Source of the DNA: a virus
Virus record (IMG/VR): IMGVR_UViG_3300017728_002360
Length of the DNA: 64,000 nt
Strand: one strand, 5' to 3'
The notes beneath the pieces are model-generated. The model ran no database searches. It saw nothing but the letters and a program-made list of their open reading frames with translations, and was not told where the DNA came from. The translations under genes were made by a program, and so were the position numbers. Positions 44,314 through 54,146 of this stretch are shown here, one piece after another. Each line of letters opens with the position of its first letter. Within the stretch, counting starts at the first letter, position 1.

Positions 44314-46974
44314 ATGGTTCAAGTCACATATCAAGGCGGGGGAATGGATGGCGTTACATCGAACGCCGCATCGGAAGCCACATTACAGCTACTCTTAAAG
44401 GCCTTAGGGTCTGGAGGCGGTGGTGGCGGAGGCGGAGCTCAGGATGCCTACAACAAAGCCCAAAAGGCTGGTGTACTAAACCAGAAACAAAATAACAAGG
44501 CCACAACGGCTGGTACTGCCGCAACACAGGACGGCACAAAAGCAACTAAAGCCGGTACTAAAGCATTAAAGACATTTGGTAGAGGACTAAAATCAATCGG
44601 CGGCAGTTTAGTAGCCGGACTTGGTAATATAGCCGGTGCTACGTCTGGATTAGCTCAAGAATTAGTAACAGGCGGTACAAGACTCAGCGACTTCGGTCAG
44701 CACATGACTGGATTGTTAAGTACGATACCTGTAGTTGGAGGAGCAATAGGTGGTATAGGACAGATGTTCCTAAATGTTATTGACTCACAGATAGATACAT
44801 TTAGACAGTTATCTAGCACGGGTGTAGACTTTGGTGGTTCATTGTTTGATGTTCAAGCCAAAGCCGCACAAACAGGATTAAGTTTAGAAATATTTGCAGG
44901 AGCGATTGGCGAAGGTAGTGCTAACTTGGCACAGATGTTTGGTGGTGCAACTCAAGGTGCTAGAATGTTTACTGAACTACAAAGAAATTTAAAAGGCACA
45001 GTACCACAACTAATGAAGTTAGGGGTGTCAATGGAAGAGATTGGTGAGTTCACTAATGACTATCTAGAGATTCAAAAGATTTCAGGAAGATATCAAGGCA
45101 TGACTGCTAGACAGTTGGCACAAGGTACAACAGACTATATTAAACAACTTGACGGACTTGCTAAAGTTACAGGTATGTCAAGAAAACAAGCCGCAGAGGC
45201 TTTAAGAGCTCAAGCTAACGATAAGAGATTACAAGCTCTATATTCAAGCATTGATGAAGGAACTAGAAAATCAATTGACGGTGTATTAGCCGCGGTTGGT
45301 AATGCAAGTCCAGAACTTAAAGAAGGACTAACAGAATTAATTGCAACAGGTGGTGTACCTATTAGTGATTATGCTAAAGGTTTAATGATGCAGATGCCTG
45401 AGGTTGCAGAAGCGGCCAAACAACTTAAAGAAGGTTCTATATCACAGGACGACTTTATTAAAGTTATGCAAGGTGCTAGTGCCAGAATGCAAAACGAACT
45501 GGAAGCACAGGGCGGAAACATAGCTACTTACAAAGCATTAGGCGTTGGAATATTTGATGCCATGCTTGACGTTGCTAAGATAGGAGAGATTGCTGGTGAT
45601 TCAAAACAAGCAATGGAAGATCAAAAGAAAGCAATAGAGTCGGGAGAAAAAGGACTAGCGGCCTTTGAATCAACTATTGTAAACTTAAGAAACTTGATAC
45701 TTGGTACACTGATTGAAAGTGGTGTGTTTACAGAGATAGAAAAAGTTATGGCTGACTTCGGTGCTTACTTCTCAGGTAAGGGCGGAGGTGTAAAACAATT
45801 ACAAGATGGAATTAAATCTCTTGGAGACTTCCTAAAGAGAATAGTAGACGATATAAAAACATTTGGATTGAAAGAAACTTTCATGAAGTATGTTATAGAT
45901 CCTCTAAAGAGAATGTTCACAGGCGAAAGTGCTGGCGACAAGAAAGAAAGACTTACCAAGGATTACGACAAAAGAATAGCAAGTGTAGATAAAAACTCCA
46001 AAGGTGGCGAAGAGAAAATTAAGGCACTAGAAGCTGAAAAAAATAAAGCATTAGGAGACGCATCTAAAGAAGGTGACAAGGGCGGGTTGTTTGCAAACTT
46101 GATGCCTGACATAGGATTTAAAGAATTAGCAATTGGTATTGGTGTAGTTACAGCGGCAGTTGCCGCAATAGGTCTTGCAGGTACATTAGCAAGTCCGGGA
46201 CTATTATTAGTTGCAACTGCGTTTGCAGGAATAGGTGTTGCAGGATTTGGTATTGCCGCTATGGTTGAAGCAATAGTAGGTGGTGTTGACAAACTTGCTG
46301 ACGGTGTAAAGAAATTTGAAGAACTAGACTCGACCAAACTTACAAATGTTGGTGAAGGATTAAAAGTACTCACAGGACCAATCATGGATCTTGCTAAAGG
46401 TGGTATTGTTGCAAACTTTATTGGAACAGGAGCATTTACTAATCTAGCAAATGGTATTAAAGAGTTTGAAGGTATTAATCCAGCTAACTTACACGCGGTA
46501 GGACCTGCACTAACAAGTTTACACAAAGGTATGAGTGCATTTACAGGAGATGGTGTACTTGACAGCATTGGTAAAGCATTAGGAAGTTTATTTGGTGGAA
46601 GCTCAGGAAGTATTAGTGATTTAGCAAAAGATGTTAAAGAATTTGCTGACGTTGATGCCGCAGGATTGAAAAATATTGGAGATGGCTTACAGGGTATTGC
46701 TAACTTTATTGAAGCAATGGATGGAGCCAATTTAAAATCTGTTTCCAAATCACTTTCAGAACTAACAAAACAGCTAATGAAATACCAAGAAGAATACAGT
46801 AAAATGGATTCAGAAACCAAAGCAAATCTTGTTAGTAACTTTACAAGTTTTGGTGAAGGCCAGAAGGGTGCCGCAGACAAGTTAGATCAGTTAAATAGTA
46901 GTGTACAAATGATGCTCGTTGAACTGAGAAAACAAACAAGAAGCGGTCAAACAGTAGCAGATGCGTCGATATAA
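44314..46974 (+). CDS. tape measure protein-like
   Basis: 886 aa, helical Ala/Gly-rich, with hydrophobic segments near residues 600-660; close to the tail chaperone; late promoter at 44253-60. Confidence 0.65.
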   Translation: MVQVTYQGGGMDGVTSNAASEATLQLLLKALGSGGGGGGGGAQDAYNKAQKAGVLNQKQNNKATTAGTAATQDGTKATKAGTKALKTFGRGLKSIGGSLVAGLGNIAGATSGLAQELVTGGTRLSDFGQHMTGLLSTIPVVGGAIGGIGQMFLNVIDSQIDTFRQLSSTGVDFGGSLFDVQAKAAQTGLSLEIFAGAIGEGSANLAQMFGGATQGARMFTELQRNLKGTVPQLMKLGVSMEEIGEFTNDYLEIQKISGRYQGMTARQLAQGTTDYIKQLDGLAKVTGMSRKQAAEALRAQANDKRLQALYSSIDEGTRKSIDGVLAAVGNASPELKEGLTELIATGGVPISDYAKGLMMQMPEVAEAAKQLKEGSISQDDFIKVMQGASARMQNELEAQGGNIATYKALGVGIFDAMLDVAKIGEIAGDSKQAMEDQKKAIESGEKGLAAFESTIVNLRNLILGTLIESGVFTEIEKVMADFGAYFSGKGGGVKQLQDGIKSLGDFLKRIVDDIKTFGLKETFMKYVIDPLKRMFTGESAGDKKERLTKDYDKRIASVDKNSKGGEEKIKALEAEKNKALGDASKEGDKGGLFANLMPDIGFKELAIGIGVVTAAVAAIGLAGTLASPGLLLVATAFAGIGVAGFGIAAMVEAIVGGVDKLADGVKKFEELDSTKLTNVGEGLKVLTGPIMDLAKGGIVANFIGTGAFTNLANGIKEFEGINPANLHAVGPALTSLHKGMSAFTGDGVLDSIGKALGSLFGGSSGSISDLAKDVKEFADVDAAGLKNIGDGLQGIANFIEAMDGANLKSVSKSLSELTKQLMKYQEEYSKMDSETKANLVSNFTSFGEGQKGAADKLDQLNSSVQMMLVELRKQTRSGQTVADASI

Positions 46975-46983
46975 GGATAATTT

Positions 46984-48741
46984 ATGAGTTGGAAAAGATA
47001 TTTTAATACAGTAGATACCGACCAAGGCGGAACAGGAAACTACTCACCGTTGGGCGGAAATGCTAACAGTGGTATGGGTCCGGCTCAAGCTAACTATTCT
47101 TCTTATCTACCAGATGTATATGTAGGTAGTCCAAATCGTGTTGAACGTTATGGACAATATAACACTATGGATTTAGATTCAGAAGTAAACGCCGCACTAG
47201 ACATCTTAGCAGAATTTACAAGTCAAAAGAATAAATCAAATCAATCACCATTTGTAATTGACTATAAACAAGACGCAACAAACTCAGAAGTACAAACACT
47301 TAAATTATACCTACAACAATGGTGTAAGATACAAAATTTTGAAACAAAAATGTTTCGTATACTACGTAACGTTTTTAAATATGGTGATGCTTTTTTCATT
47401 AGAGATCCTGAAACTAAACGTTGGTTCCACGTTGATCCAGCAAACGTTTCACGTATCATTGTAAATGAATCACAAGGTAAAACACCAGAACAATACATTG
47501 TTAAAAATGTAAACTTAAACTTCAAAGATGCAGTAGCAACTACTCCACATCAAACAAACGGTAACGTTACAGGTGGCGGAGATGGATACTTGACAGGTTC
47601 AGTACGTGGACAAGTAGGTGCTCCTAACCAATCAATGAGTGGCGGACGTTTCCAAAAAGACACAATGGAAATTGCCGTTAGTGCAGAGAACATGGTACAT
47701 CTAAGTTTAAGTGAAGGACTTGATAATAACTTTCCATTCGGTAACAGCTTATTAGAAAGTATATTTAAAGTATACAAACAAAAAGAATTACTTGAAGATG
47801 CAATTATAATTTATCGTGTACAAAGAGCACCAGAACGTAGAGTATTTTACGTTGACGTGGGTAATATGCCATCACACTTGGCAATGCAATTTGTAGAACG
47901 TGTTAAAACAGACATACACCAAAGACGTATACCTAGTGCAACAGGTGGAGGACAAAACGTTATTGATAGTGCATACAATCCATTATCTATTAACGAAGAC
48001 TACTTCTTTCCACAAACAGCAGAAGGTAGAGGATCTAAGGTTGAAACATTACCAGGCGGAACTAATCTAGGAGAGATTGATGATCTTAAATACTTTACTA
48101 ATAAGTTGGTACGTGGTTTGCGTATTCCTAGTTCTTATCTTCCTACAGGGCCTGACGATGGTGCTACTCAATTCCAAGATGGGCGAGTGGGTACTGCGTA
48201 CATTCAGGAATTAAGATTCAACACATATTGTGAAAGACTACAAAATTTAGTAGTAGAACAATTTAGTCAAGAGTTTAAACGTTACTTGTTAGAAAAAGGT
48301 ATCAACATTGATACTGCTATGTTTGACTTAAGATTCCAACCACCACAAAACTTTGCAAGTTACAGACAAAGTGAAATTGATAATGCAAGAGTACCAACGT
48401 ATACACAAATGAGTGCTATACCTTATATCTCAAACAGATTTGCATTGAAACGTTTCTTAGGTATGACGGAAGAAGAAATTGCAGACAACGAACGTATGTG
48501 GCGTGAAGAGAATGATGAGAATATTACTCCACCACCAACTGATGCCGCAGGCGAATTAAGAGGTGCAGGTATTTCAAGTGCAGGTATGTCAGCAGACTTG
48601 GCAGGAGATGGAGCAGGTGAAGACATGGCACCAGCAGGTGAAGACGCACCAGCACCAGTAGACGGCGGAACAGCACCACCACCAGATACAGCAACAGGCG
48701 GAGGGGCACCAGGCGGTACAGGTCAGACGCCTCCAGCATAA
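46984..48741 (+). CDS. gp20: portal vertex protein
   Basis: LLEDAIIIYRVQRAPERRVFYVDVGNMP...EDYFFPQTAEGRGSKVETLPGG.NLGEIDDLKYF..KL..GLRIPSS. Confidence 0.97.
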   Translation: MSWKRYFNTVDTDQGGTGNYSPLGGNANSGMGPAQANYSSYLPDVYVGSPNRVERYGQYNTMDLDSEVNAALDILAEFTSQKNKSNQSPFVIDYKQDATNSEVQTLKLYLQQWCKIQNFETKMFRILRNVFKYGDAFFIRDPETKRWFHVDPANVSRIIVNESQGKTPEQYIVKNVNLNFKDAVATTPHQTNGNVTGGGDGYLTGSVRGQVGAPNQSMSGGRFQKDTMEIAVSAENMVHLSLSEGLDNNFPFGNSLLESIFKVYKQKELLEDAIIIYRVQRAPERRVFYVDVGNMPSHLAMQFVERVKTDIHQRRIPSATGGGQNVIDSAYNPLSINEDYFFPQTAEGRGSKVETLPGGTNLGEIDDLKYFTNKLVRGLRIPSSYLPTGPDDGATQFQDGRVGTAYIQELRFNTYCERLQNLVVEQFSQEFKRYLLEKGINIDTAMFDLRFQPPQNFASYRQSEIDNARVPTYTQMSAIPYISNRFALKRFLGMTEEEIADNERMWREENDENITPPPTDAAGELRGAGISSAGMSADLAGDGAGEDMAPAGEDAPAPVDGGTAPPPDTATGGGAPGGTGQTPPA

Positions 48742-48749
48742 ATACTAAC

Positions 48750-48998
48750 ATGATACTACGTGAACTATTTTATTTTGACAAAGAAACATTGGAGCCTACA
48801 GAAGATAAAGGTTACGATCCAAGTTATGATGACTCTATTGTCACAAAAGACGATACACGTAAGACTAGACTAACACTACGTCAGATTAACAAAATTCGTA
48901 AAGCAAGTGAGCTACATAAAGAAGAGCAACAAAAAGAATTGCACTTTGTTAGACAAATGTACGGCTTGGCCGCTAACGCAGAAGAAGGCGCAGTTTAA
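48750..48998 (+). CDS. small head-associated protein
   Basis: 82 aa with DTRKTRLTLRQINKIRK; directly after the portal gene; late promoter 5 nt upstream of the ATG. Confidence 0.65.
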   Translation: MILRELFYFDKETLEPTEDKGYDPSYDDSIVTKDDTRKTRLTLRQINKIRKASELHKEEQQKELHFVRQMYGLAANAEEGAV

Positions 48999-49014
48999 CT
49001 TTACGAGGAATTAA

Positions 49015-49653
49015 ATGTCCATAGCCTTTGTAATAGGTAACGGAAAATCAAGAACCCCAATACCATTAGAAGCACTTAGACCATACGGCAAGATATATGC
49101 CTGTAACGCAGTTTACAGAGACTTCGAGCCCGATTACTTGGTTGCTGTTGATACTAAGATGGTCAGCGAACTAAACAAATGCAAGTGGCAATTGAACCAC
49201 GAAGTGTGGACCAACCCTAACAAGATGTACGAAAGCTACCATAAATTTAACTATTTTAAGGAGCCTTTAGGTTGGAGCAGTGGACCTACAGCATTGTGGT
49301 TAGCAACATATGGCGACGAAAACAATCCTAGATTACACGATTATGATACAATATACATCTTAGGCTTTGATTTTCAAGGTACAGATGCACAAGAACACAA
49401 TGGCGAGGGCGGACTTATTAATAACATATATGCAGATACGCAAAATTATAAAAAATCCATAGACCCTGCTACATATCACGGTAACTGGGCCAGACAGACT
49501 GGTATAGTTTGTCAGAAAAATCCTCAAAAGAGATATATAAGAGTAGTACAGAACAAAGAGGATTATTGCCCCGACAACTTAACGCAGTTAACCAACTTTA
49601 AACACGTTACAGTGGCAGAATTCATGTATAACTTTAAGATTTTACAATCTTAA
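49015..49653 (+). CDS. DUF115/Maf-like (GT29/GT42 sialyltransferase-like fold) protein
   Basis: AFVIGNGKSR...ACNAVYRD..PDYLVAVD...SSGPTALWLA...IYILGFDF motifs. Confidence 0.6.
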   Translation: MSIAFVIGNGKSRTPIPLEALRPYGKIYACNAVYRDFEPDYLVAVDTKMVSELNKCKWQLNHEVWTNPNKMYESYHKFNYFKEPLGWSSGPTALWLATYGDENNPRLHDYDTIYILGFDFQGTDAQEHNGEGGLINNIYADTQNYKKSIDPATYHGNWARQTGIVCQKNPQKRYIRVVQNKEDYCPDNLTQLTNFKHVTVAEFMYNFKILQS

Positions 49654-49753
49654 TGTAAAACCGGCGTAAAAACGCCTATATCTACGTACTTTTCTTCTAA
49701 TACCATAAATACAAGTGACAGCCTTACCATATCTAAACAATAGGAGAAAAGAA

Positions 49754-50794
49754 ATGGCAAACCAATCTAAATTTGAAGCGATGCTTGAAAAGTTAATCGC
49801 TGAAGACAAAGCGGGTGCTGAAGAACTGTTTCACGAAATAGTTGTTGAGAAATCACGCGATATATACGAAAATCTATTAGCAGACGACACAGCTGAAGTT
49901 GAAGTAGACGAAACAGCTAAAGAAGATGCTAAAGAAGAAGACAAAGTTGACGAAAAAGCAGACGCTAAAGACGAAGACAAAGTTGAAGAAGCATCAAAAG
50001 ACGATGCTGATGACAAAGTTGAAGAAAAAGCTGATGCTGATAAAGACGAAGACGTTAAAGAAGCTACTGACGAAGACGAAAAAACTGATGAAGCTACTGA
50101 AGAAAAAGACGAAAACGTTGAAGAAAACTTTGCAGACCAAATTACACCAGAAGGTGATGATGACATGGGTGGCGATGCCGCTGATGACATGATTGCTGAC
50201 ATCGAAGACGGTGAAGGTGAAGAAGATAAAGGCGACGACGAAGACTTAGAAGACAGAGTTGTTGACCTAGAAGATGCTCTTGATGATCTTAAAGCTGAAT
50301 TTGACGGCATGATGTCCGACAAAGACGGTGACGAAGACAAAGGCGAAGATGACATGGAAATGGACATGGACGCTGGCGACGACGAAGGTGACGAAGAGAA
50401 GGAAGACGAAGCAGTTGATATGATTGCTCCGGAAGCCGACCTTGAGCAACCAGTTGCGTTTGAAAATGCTGATAAACCAGTACAATCAAGCACAGAACTA
50501 ATGAGAGAATATGTAACTAAAGTATCAGAGCCAAAAGGCGATTCAGGTACAGACGGAACTAAATCTCCAGTAGCTGGTAAAAACGACATGGGCGGAGACG
50601 CTAGTAACTTGGTCAAAGGTGGCGAAGAAACTGGTGGCAAAGCTGGTGCTCCTAAAGAAGATTCAGCTGGTAACGTAAACGTTCCAGGTGGAAAAGCAAG
50701 TAAGAGTATGTCGAAAGACTCAAAAGGCCATGGCGCTGAGAAAAAAGGCGCAGGCGAAACAGGAACTGATGGTAAATCAATCATTGGTTCTTAA
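49754..50794 (+). CDS. highly acidic prohead core/scaffold-like protein (start revised from 49715 to 49754)
   Basis: CATAAATA at 49704-11 and SD AGGAG precede the ATG at 49754; D/E-rich repeats; lies between the portal and protease genes. Confidence 0.65.
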   Translation: MANQSKFEAMLEKLIAEDKAGAEELFHEIVVEKSRDIYENLLADDTAEVEVDETAKEDAKEEDKVDEKADAKDEDKVEEASKDDADDKVEEKADADKDEDVKEATDEDEKTDEATEEKDENVEENFADQITPEGDDDMGGDAADDMIADIEDGEGEEDKGDDEDLEDRVVDLEDALDDLKAEFDGMMSDKDGDEDKGEDDMEMDMDAGDDEGDEEKEDEAVDMIAPEADLEQPVAFENADKPVQSSTELMREYVTKVSEPKGDSGTDGTKSPVAGKNDMGGDASNLVKGGEETGGKAGAPKEDSAGNVNVPGGKASKSMSKDSKGHGAEKKGAGETGTDGKSIIGS

Positions 50795-50818
50795 TAGTTG
50801 TTGTTAAGGAGATATTAA

Positions 50819-51451
50819 GTGATAAACTTAAGAGAGAATTTGACATTCGACCAAGCTAAATTGGTCCTTGAGACTACTGAAAACGACAAGGGTGGAAAAG
50901 ACCTTTATATGAAGGGAATTTGTATCCAAGGCGGAGTAAAAAACGCTAATCAGCGAGTTTACCCTGTTACCGAGATAGGTAGAGCTGTCAACACTCTTAA
51001 CGATCAAATTACGGGAGGATATTCAGTTCTCGGCGAAGTTGATCACCCAGAAGGACTTAACATAAACTTAGACCGTGTAAGCCATATGATCACAGAAATG
51101 TGGATGGATGGACCAAACGGTTACGGGAAACTTAAAGTATTACCTACGCCAATGGGACAGCTAGTTAAAACAATGCTTGAAAGCGGAGTTAAACTAGGTG
51201 TTTCATCGCGTGGTAGCGGAAACGTTATGGAAGACGGTTCCGGACAAGTAAGCGATTATGAGATCATAACAGTCGATGTAGTTGCTCAACCCAGTGCTCC
51301 AGGTGCCTACCCGACACCAATATACGAGCATTTATTAAATGCCCGTGGGGGGTACAAGGCAATGGAAATAGCACGAGAGTTACAAGGCGACACAAAGGCG
51401 CAAAAGTATTTGAAGGAATCTTTAATGAACATCATTAAAGGCCTCCAGTAA
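50819..51451 (+). CDS. gp21: prohead core protease
   Basis: GICIQGGVKNANQRVYP...LGEVDHP...RVSH...LPTPMG...LGVSSRGSG...TVDVVAQPSAPGAY. Confidence 0.95.
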   Translation: MINLRENLTFDQAKLVLETTENDKGGKDLYMKGICIQGGVKNANQRVYPVTEIGRAVNTLNDQITGGYSVLGEVDHPEGLNINLDRVSHMITEMWMDGPNGYGKLKVLPTPMGQLVKTMLESGVKLGVSSRGSGNVMEDGSGQVSDYEIITVDVVAQPSAPGAYPTPIYEHLLNARGGYKAMEIARELQGDTKAQKYLKESLMNIIKGLQ

Positions 51452-51465
51452 TAAGGAGAAATAAT

Positions 51466-52569
51466 ATGTTGGAAGCACTGAAATCACTTTTTGAAAACAA
51501 CGCAATTTCGGAAGAAATCAGAGCAGACATCCAAGAAGCATGGGACAAGCAAGTGAGTGAAAACAAACTTACTGTCACTGCTGAACTTCGTGAAGAGTTC
51601 GCATCTAAATACGAACATGATAAAGCTACTATGGTTGAAGCAATTGATACTATGGTTTCTGAAAAACTTAACGAAGAAATTTCCGAGTTCGCTGAAGATA
51701 GAAAACAATTAGCAGAAGCTAGAGCCAAATATGCTGTAGCGATGCGTGAAAACGCAGGACTGTTAAAAGGTTTTGTATTCGAACAGTTGAAGAAGGAAGT
51801 GGGTGAACTACATGAAGACCAAAAAGTTATGTCTGATAAATTTGGAAAACTTGAGGAATTTGTTGTAGAAGCTCTAGCTAAAGAAATCGCAGAGTTCCAC
51901 GAAGATAAAAAAGACTTGGCTGAAACTAAAGTAAGATTAGTACGTGAAGCCAAAGAACATTTAACAAAAGTACGTAAGTCTTTTGTTGAGAAAAGTGCGA
52001 AGATCGTATCCGAAGGAGTATCCAAGAAACTTAATAAAGAGATTGGACAACTTAAAGAAGATATTGATTCAGCACGTAAAAACGATTTTGGTCGCAAAAT
52101 TTTCGAAACGTTCGCAGGCGAGTATGCTAACAGCTACTTGAATGAGAAGTCAGAAACAGCAAAACTTTTAAAAGTTGTGGAGTTGAAAGACAAAGCAGTT
52201 GCAGAAGCTAAAGCTGAAGCTGAAGAAGTTAAGAAAATTGTTGAGAGTAAAGACGCAGAAATTGTAAAAGTTTCTGATGCGGCTAAACGCAAAGAAGTAA
52301 TGCACGAATTGACTGGACCTTTGAGCAAGGACCAGCGTGAGATTATGGTAGACTTACTGGAAAATATACAAACAAGCAAACTGCAAAGTGCGTTTGATAA
52401 GTATATTCCGGCGGTAATAGACGGTAAAACTCCAGCGAAGAAGAAGGCTACTCTTACAGAGTCCGAGGCAAAAGAAATCACAGGCAATAAAGAATCTAAC
52501 GTTAGTAGAGTAAGTCAAGAAGAGAATAATAATATTATTCATATTCAAAAACTTGCTGGATTGAAATAA
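51466..52569 (+). CDS. gp22: prohead scaffolding protein
   Basis: Coiled-coil E/K-rich protein between the protease and capsid genes. Confidence 0.8.
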   Translation: MLEALKSLFENNAISEEIRADIQEAWDKQVSENKLTVTAELREEFASKYEHDKATMVEAIDTMVSEKLNEEISEFAEDRKQLAEARAKYAVAMRENAGLLKGFVFEQLKKEVGELHEDQKVMSDKFGKLEEFVVEALAKEIAEFHEDKKDLAETKVRLVREAKEHLTKVRKSFVEKSAKIVSEGVSKKLNKEIGQLKEDIDSARKNDFGRKIFETFAGEYANSYLNEKSETAKLLKVVELKDKAVAEAKAEAEEVKKIVESKDAEIVKVSDAAKRKEVMHELTGPLSKDQREIMVDLLENIQTSKLQSAFDKYIPAVIDGKTPAKKKATLTESEAKEITGNKESNVSRVSQEENNNIIHIQKLAGLK

Positions 52570-52579
52570 GGAGAAAACA

Positions 52580-53746
52580 ATGTCACAACTACTAGAAAGT
52601 CGCTGGCAGGATACCAAAACTGCACTTTTAGAAGGCCTTAACGGCAATAAAAAGGCTGTAATGGCAAGTACTCTAGAAAACACACGCAAGTGGTTAAATG
52701 AGACTGCTACAGCTGGTTCTACAAGCGCCGGTAATGTTGCAACTCTAAATAGAGTTATTCTACCAGTAATCAGACGTGTCATGCCGACTGTAATAGCCAA
52801 CGAATTAGTTGGTGTACAGCCGATGACAGGTCCAGTGGGTCAAATCCACACATTAAGAGTACGTTACGCTGATTCGTCAGATGGTAACGAAGTTGGTGAA
52901 GAAGCACTATCACCATTTAAGATCGCGGCGGCATACTCAGGTAACGCCACTGACGCAACACCAAAAGGATCTGCTACAGCGGCTCTTGAAGGTGCGGCTG
53001 GAAAGAGAATGTCTATCCAGATCTTAAAGCAAACAGTCGAAGCAAAAACCAGAAAGCTATCAGCAAGATGGACTTTTGAAGCGGCTCAGGATGCTCAAGC
53101 ACAGCAAGGCATCGATATTGAAGCAGAAATTATGGCGGCATTAGCCCAAGAAATTACTGCTGAGATCGATCAAGAAGTATTAGCTTCTTTGAGAGCTTTA
53201 GCTGGTACGCAAAACCAACAAGCATACGACCAGAACGCTGTAAGCGGTACTGCAACATTCGTAGGTGATGAACACGCGGCTTTGGCTGTGATGATCAACC
53301 GTGTTGCTAACAATATCGCACAGAGAACTAGACGTGGTGCTGGTAACTATGCTGTGGTTTCACCACACGCATTAACTATCCTACAATCTGCAACAACTTC
53401 AGCGTTCGCAAGAACAACTGAAGGTGCATTTGAGGCTCCAACTAATACTAAAATGGTTGGTACTTTGAATAGTGCTATGAAAGTATATGTTGATTCATAT
53501 GCAAACGATAGTACAAGCATACTTGTAGGTTACAAAGGTTCAAGTGAATCAGACGCTCCAGCGTTCTACTGCCCATACATTCCTTTAATGTCAAGCGGTG
53601 TAGTACTGGATCCTGCAACTTTTGAACCAGTAGTTAGCTTTATGACAAGATACGGTTATGTTGAGTTAAACAACACAGCATCATCTCTTGGTAATGCGGC
53701 AGACTACTTAGGTACAGTTACTATTGCGAACGTAACATTTAGCTAA
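52580..53746 (+). CDS. gp23: major capsid protein
   Basis: VILPVIRRVMPTVIANELVGVQPMTGPVGQI...VEAKTRKLSARWTFEAAQDAQ...YCPYIPL...FMTRYG. Confidence 0.97.
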   Translation: MSQLLESRWQDTKTALLEGLNGNKKAVMASTLENTRKWLNETATAGSTSAGNVATLNRVILPVIRRVMPTVIANELVGVQPMTGPVGQIHTLRVRYADSSDGNEVGEEALSPFKIAAAYSGNATDATPKGSATAALEGAAGKRMSIQILKQTVEAKTRKLSARWTFEAAQDAQAQQGIDIEAEIMAALAQEITAEIDQEVLASLRALAGTQNQQAYDQNAVSGTATFVGDEHAALAVMINRVANNIAQRTRRGAGNYAVVSPHALTILQSATTSAFARTTEGAFEAPTNTKMVGTLNSAMKVYVDSYANDSTSILVGYKGSSESDAPAFYCPYIPLMSSGVVLDPATFEPVVSFMTRYGYVELNNTASSLGNAADYLGTVTIANVTFS

Positions 53747-53781
53747 TCCATAGGGTTAGTTACTTAATGTAACAAAGTATT

Positions 53782-53809
53782 AGAAAGGCCCTTCGGGGCC
53801 TTTCTTTTT
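53782..53809 (+). terminator. rho-independent terminator after the major capsid gene
   Basis: AGAAAGGCCC-TTCG-GGGCCTTTCT followed by TTTT; cUUCGg tetraloop. Confidence 0.93.
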
Positions 53810-53825
53810 GACTAAATATTTGTAC

Positions 53826-53876
53826 AACGTTCAGCCGATATAGGCCGGAAGTAAGCATCTAAGCTGAAGGAACGCA
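53826..53876 (+). promoter_or_regulatory. glnA-type (glutamine-I) riboswitch
   Basis: CGUUC-A-GCC(GAUAUA)GGC-C-GGAAGUA-AGC(AUCUAA)GCU-GAA-G-GAACG-C: P1/P2/P3 three-way junction with an E-loop, as in the glnA motif. Upstream of SD AAGGAG and ORF 53901. Confidence 0.8.
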
Positions 53877-53900
53877 CTTAACTGTAAAAAGGAGAGTGTA

Positions 53901-54092
53901 ATGAACAGATACGATTACCTACTTAAATCATACCGTGAGCAGAAAATGAGAGAACGCAAGGAGAAAATCCTTATGAAATCTCGTACTGAAGTTAACGTGA
54001 ATGGAAATGGTACATCTGGATATACTGTTACAACTGGACCAAGCAAAGGTAAAGTTTTAAAGCATATATCGATTAATCACGATAATAAGTAG
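53901..54092 (+). CDS. small basic protein downstream of the glutamine riboswitch
   Basis: 63 aa with a strong SD; 14 K/R versus 6 D/E. Confidence 0.75.
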   Translation: MNRYDYLLKSYREQKMRERKEKILMKSRTEVNVNGNGTSGYTVTTGPSKGKVLKHISINHDNK

Positions 54093-54111
54093 ATTTTGGT
54101 AAACTTTCTTA

Positions 54112-54140
54112 TTGACTTTTTTAGGAAAGTTTGCTATATT
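54112..54140 (+). promoter_or_regulatory. sigma70 extended -10 promoter for the ncRNA
   Basis: TTGACT (54112-17), 17-bp spacer, TGcTATATT (54132-40). Confidence 0.8.
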
Positions 54141-54146
54141 AGTAAC

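Noticed and set aside
49831-50784. 317-aa Ser-rich antisense ORF (also 39098..39805, 45963..46880, 51435..52097 and the many short ORFs opposite large genes)
   Set aside because: These are shadow frames of low-complexity or biased-codon real genes on the other strand, with no promoter/SD support or recognisable motifs.
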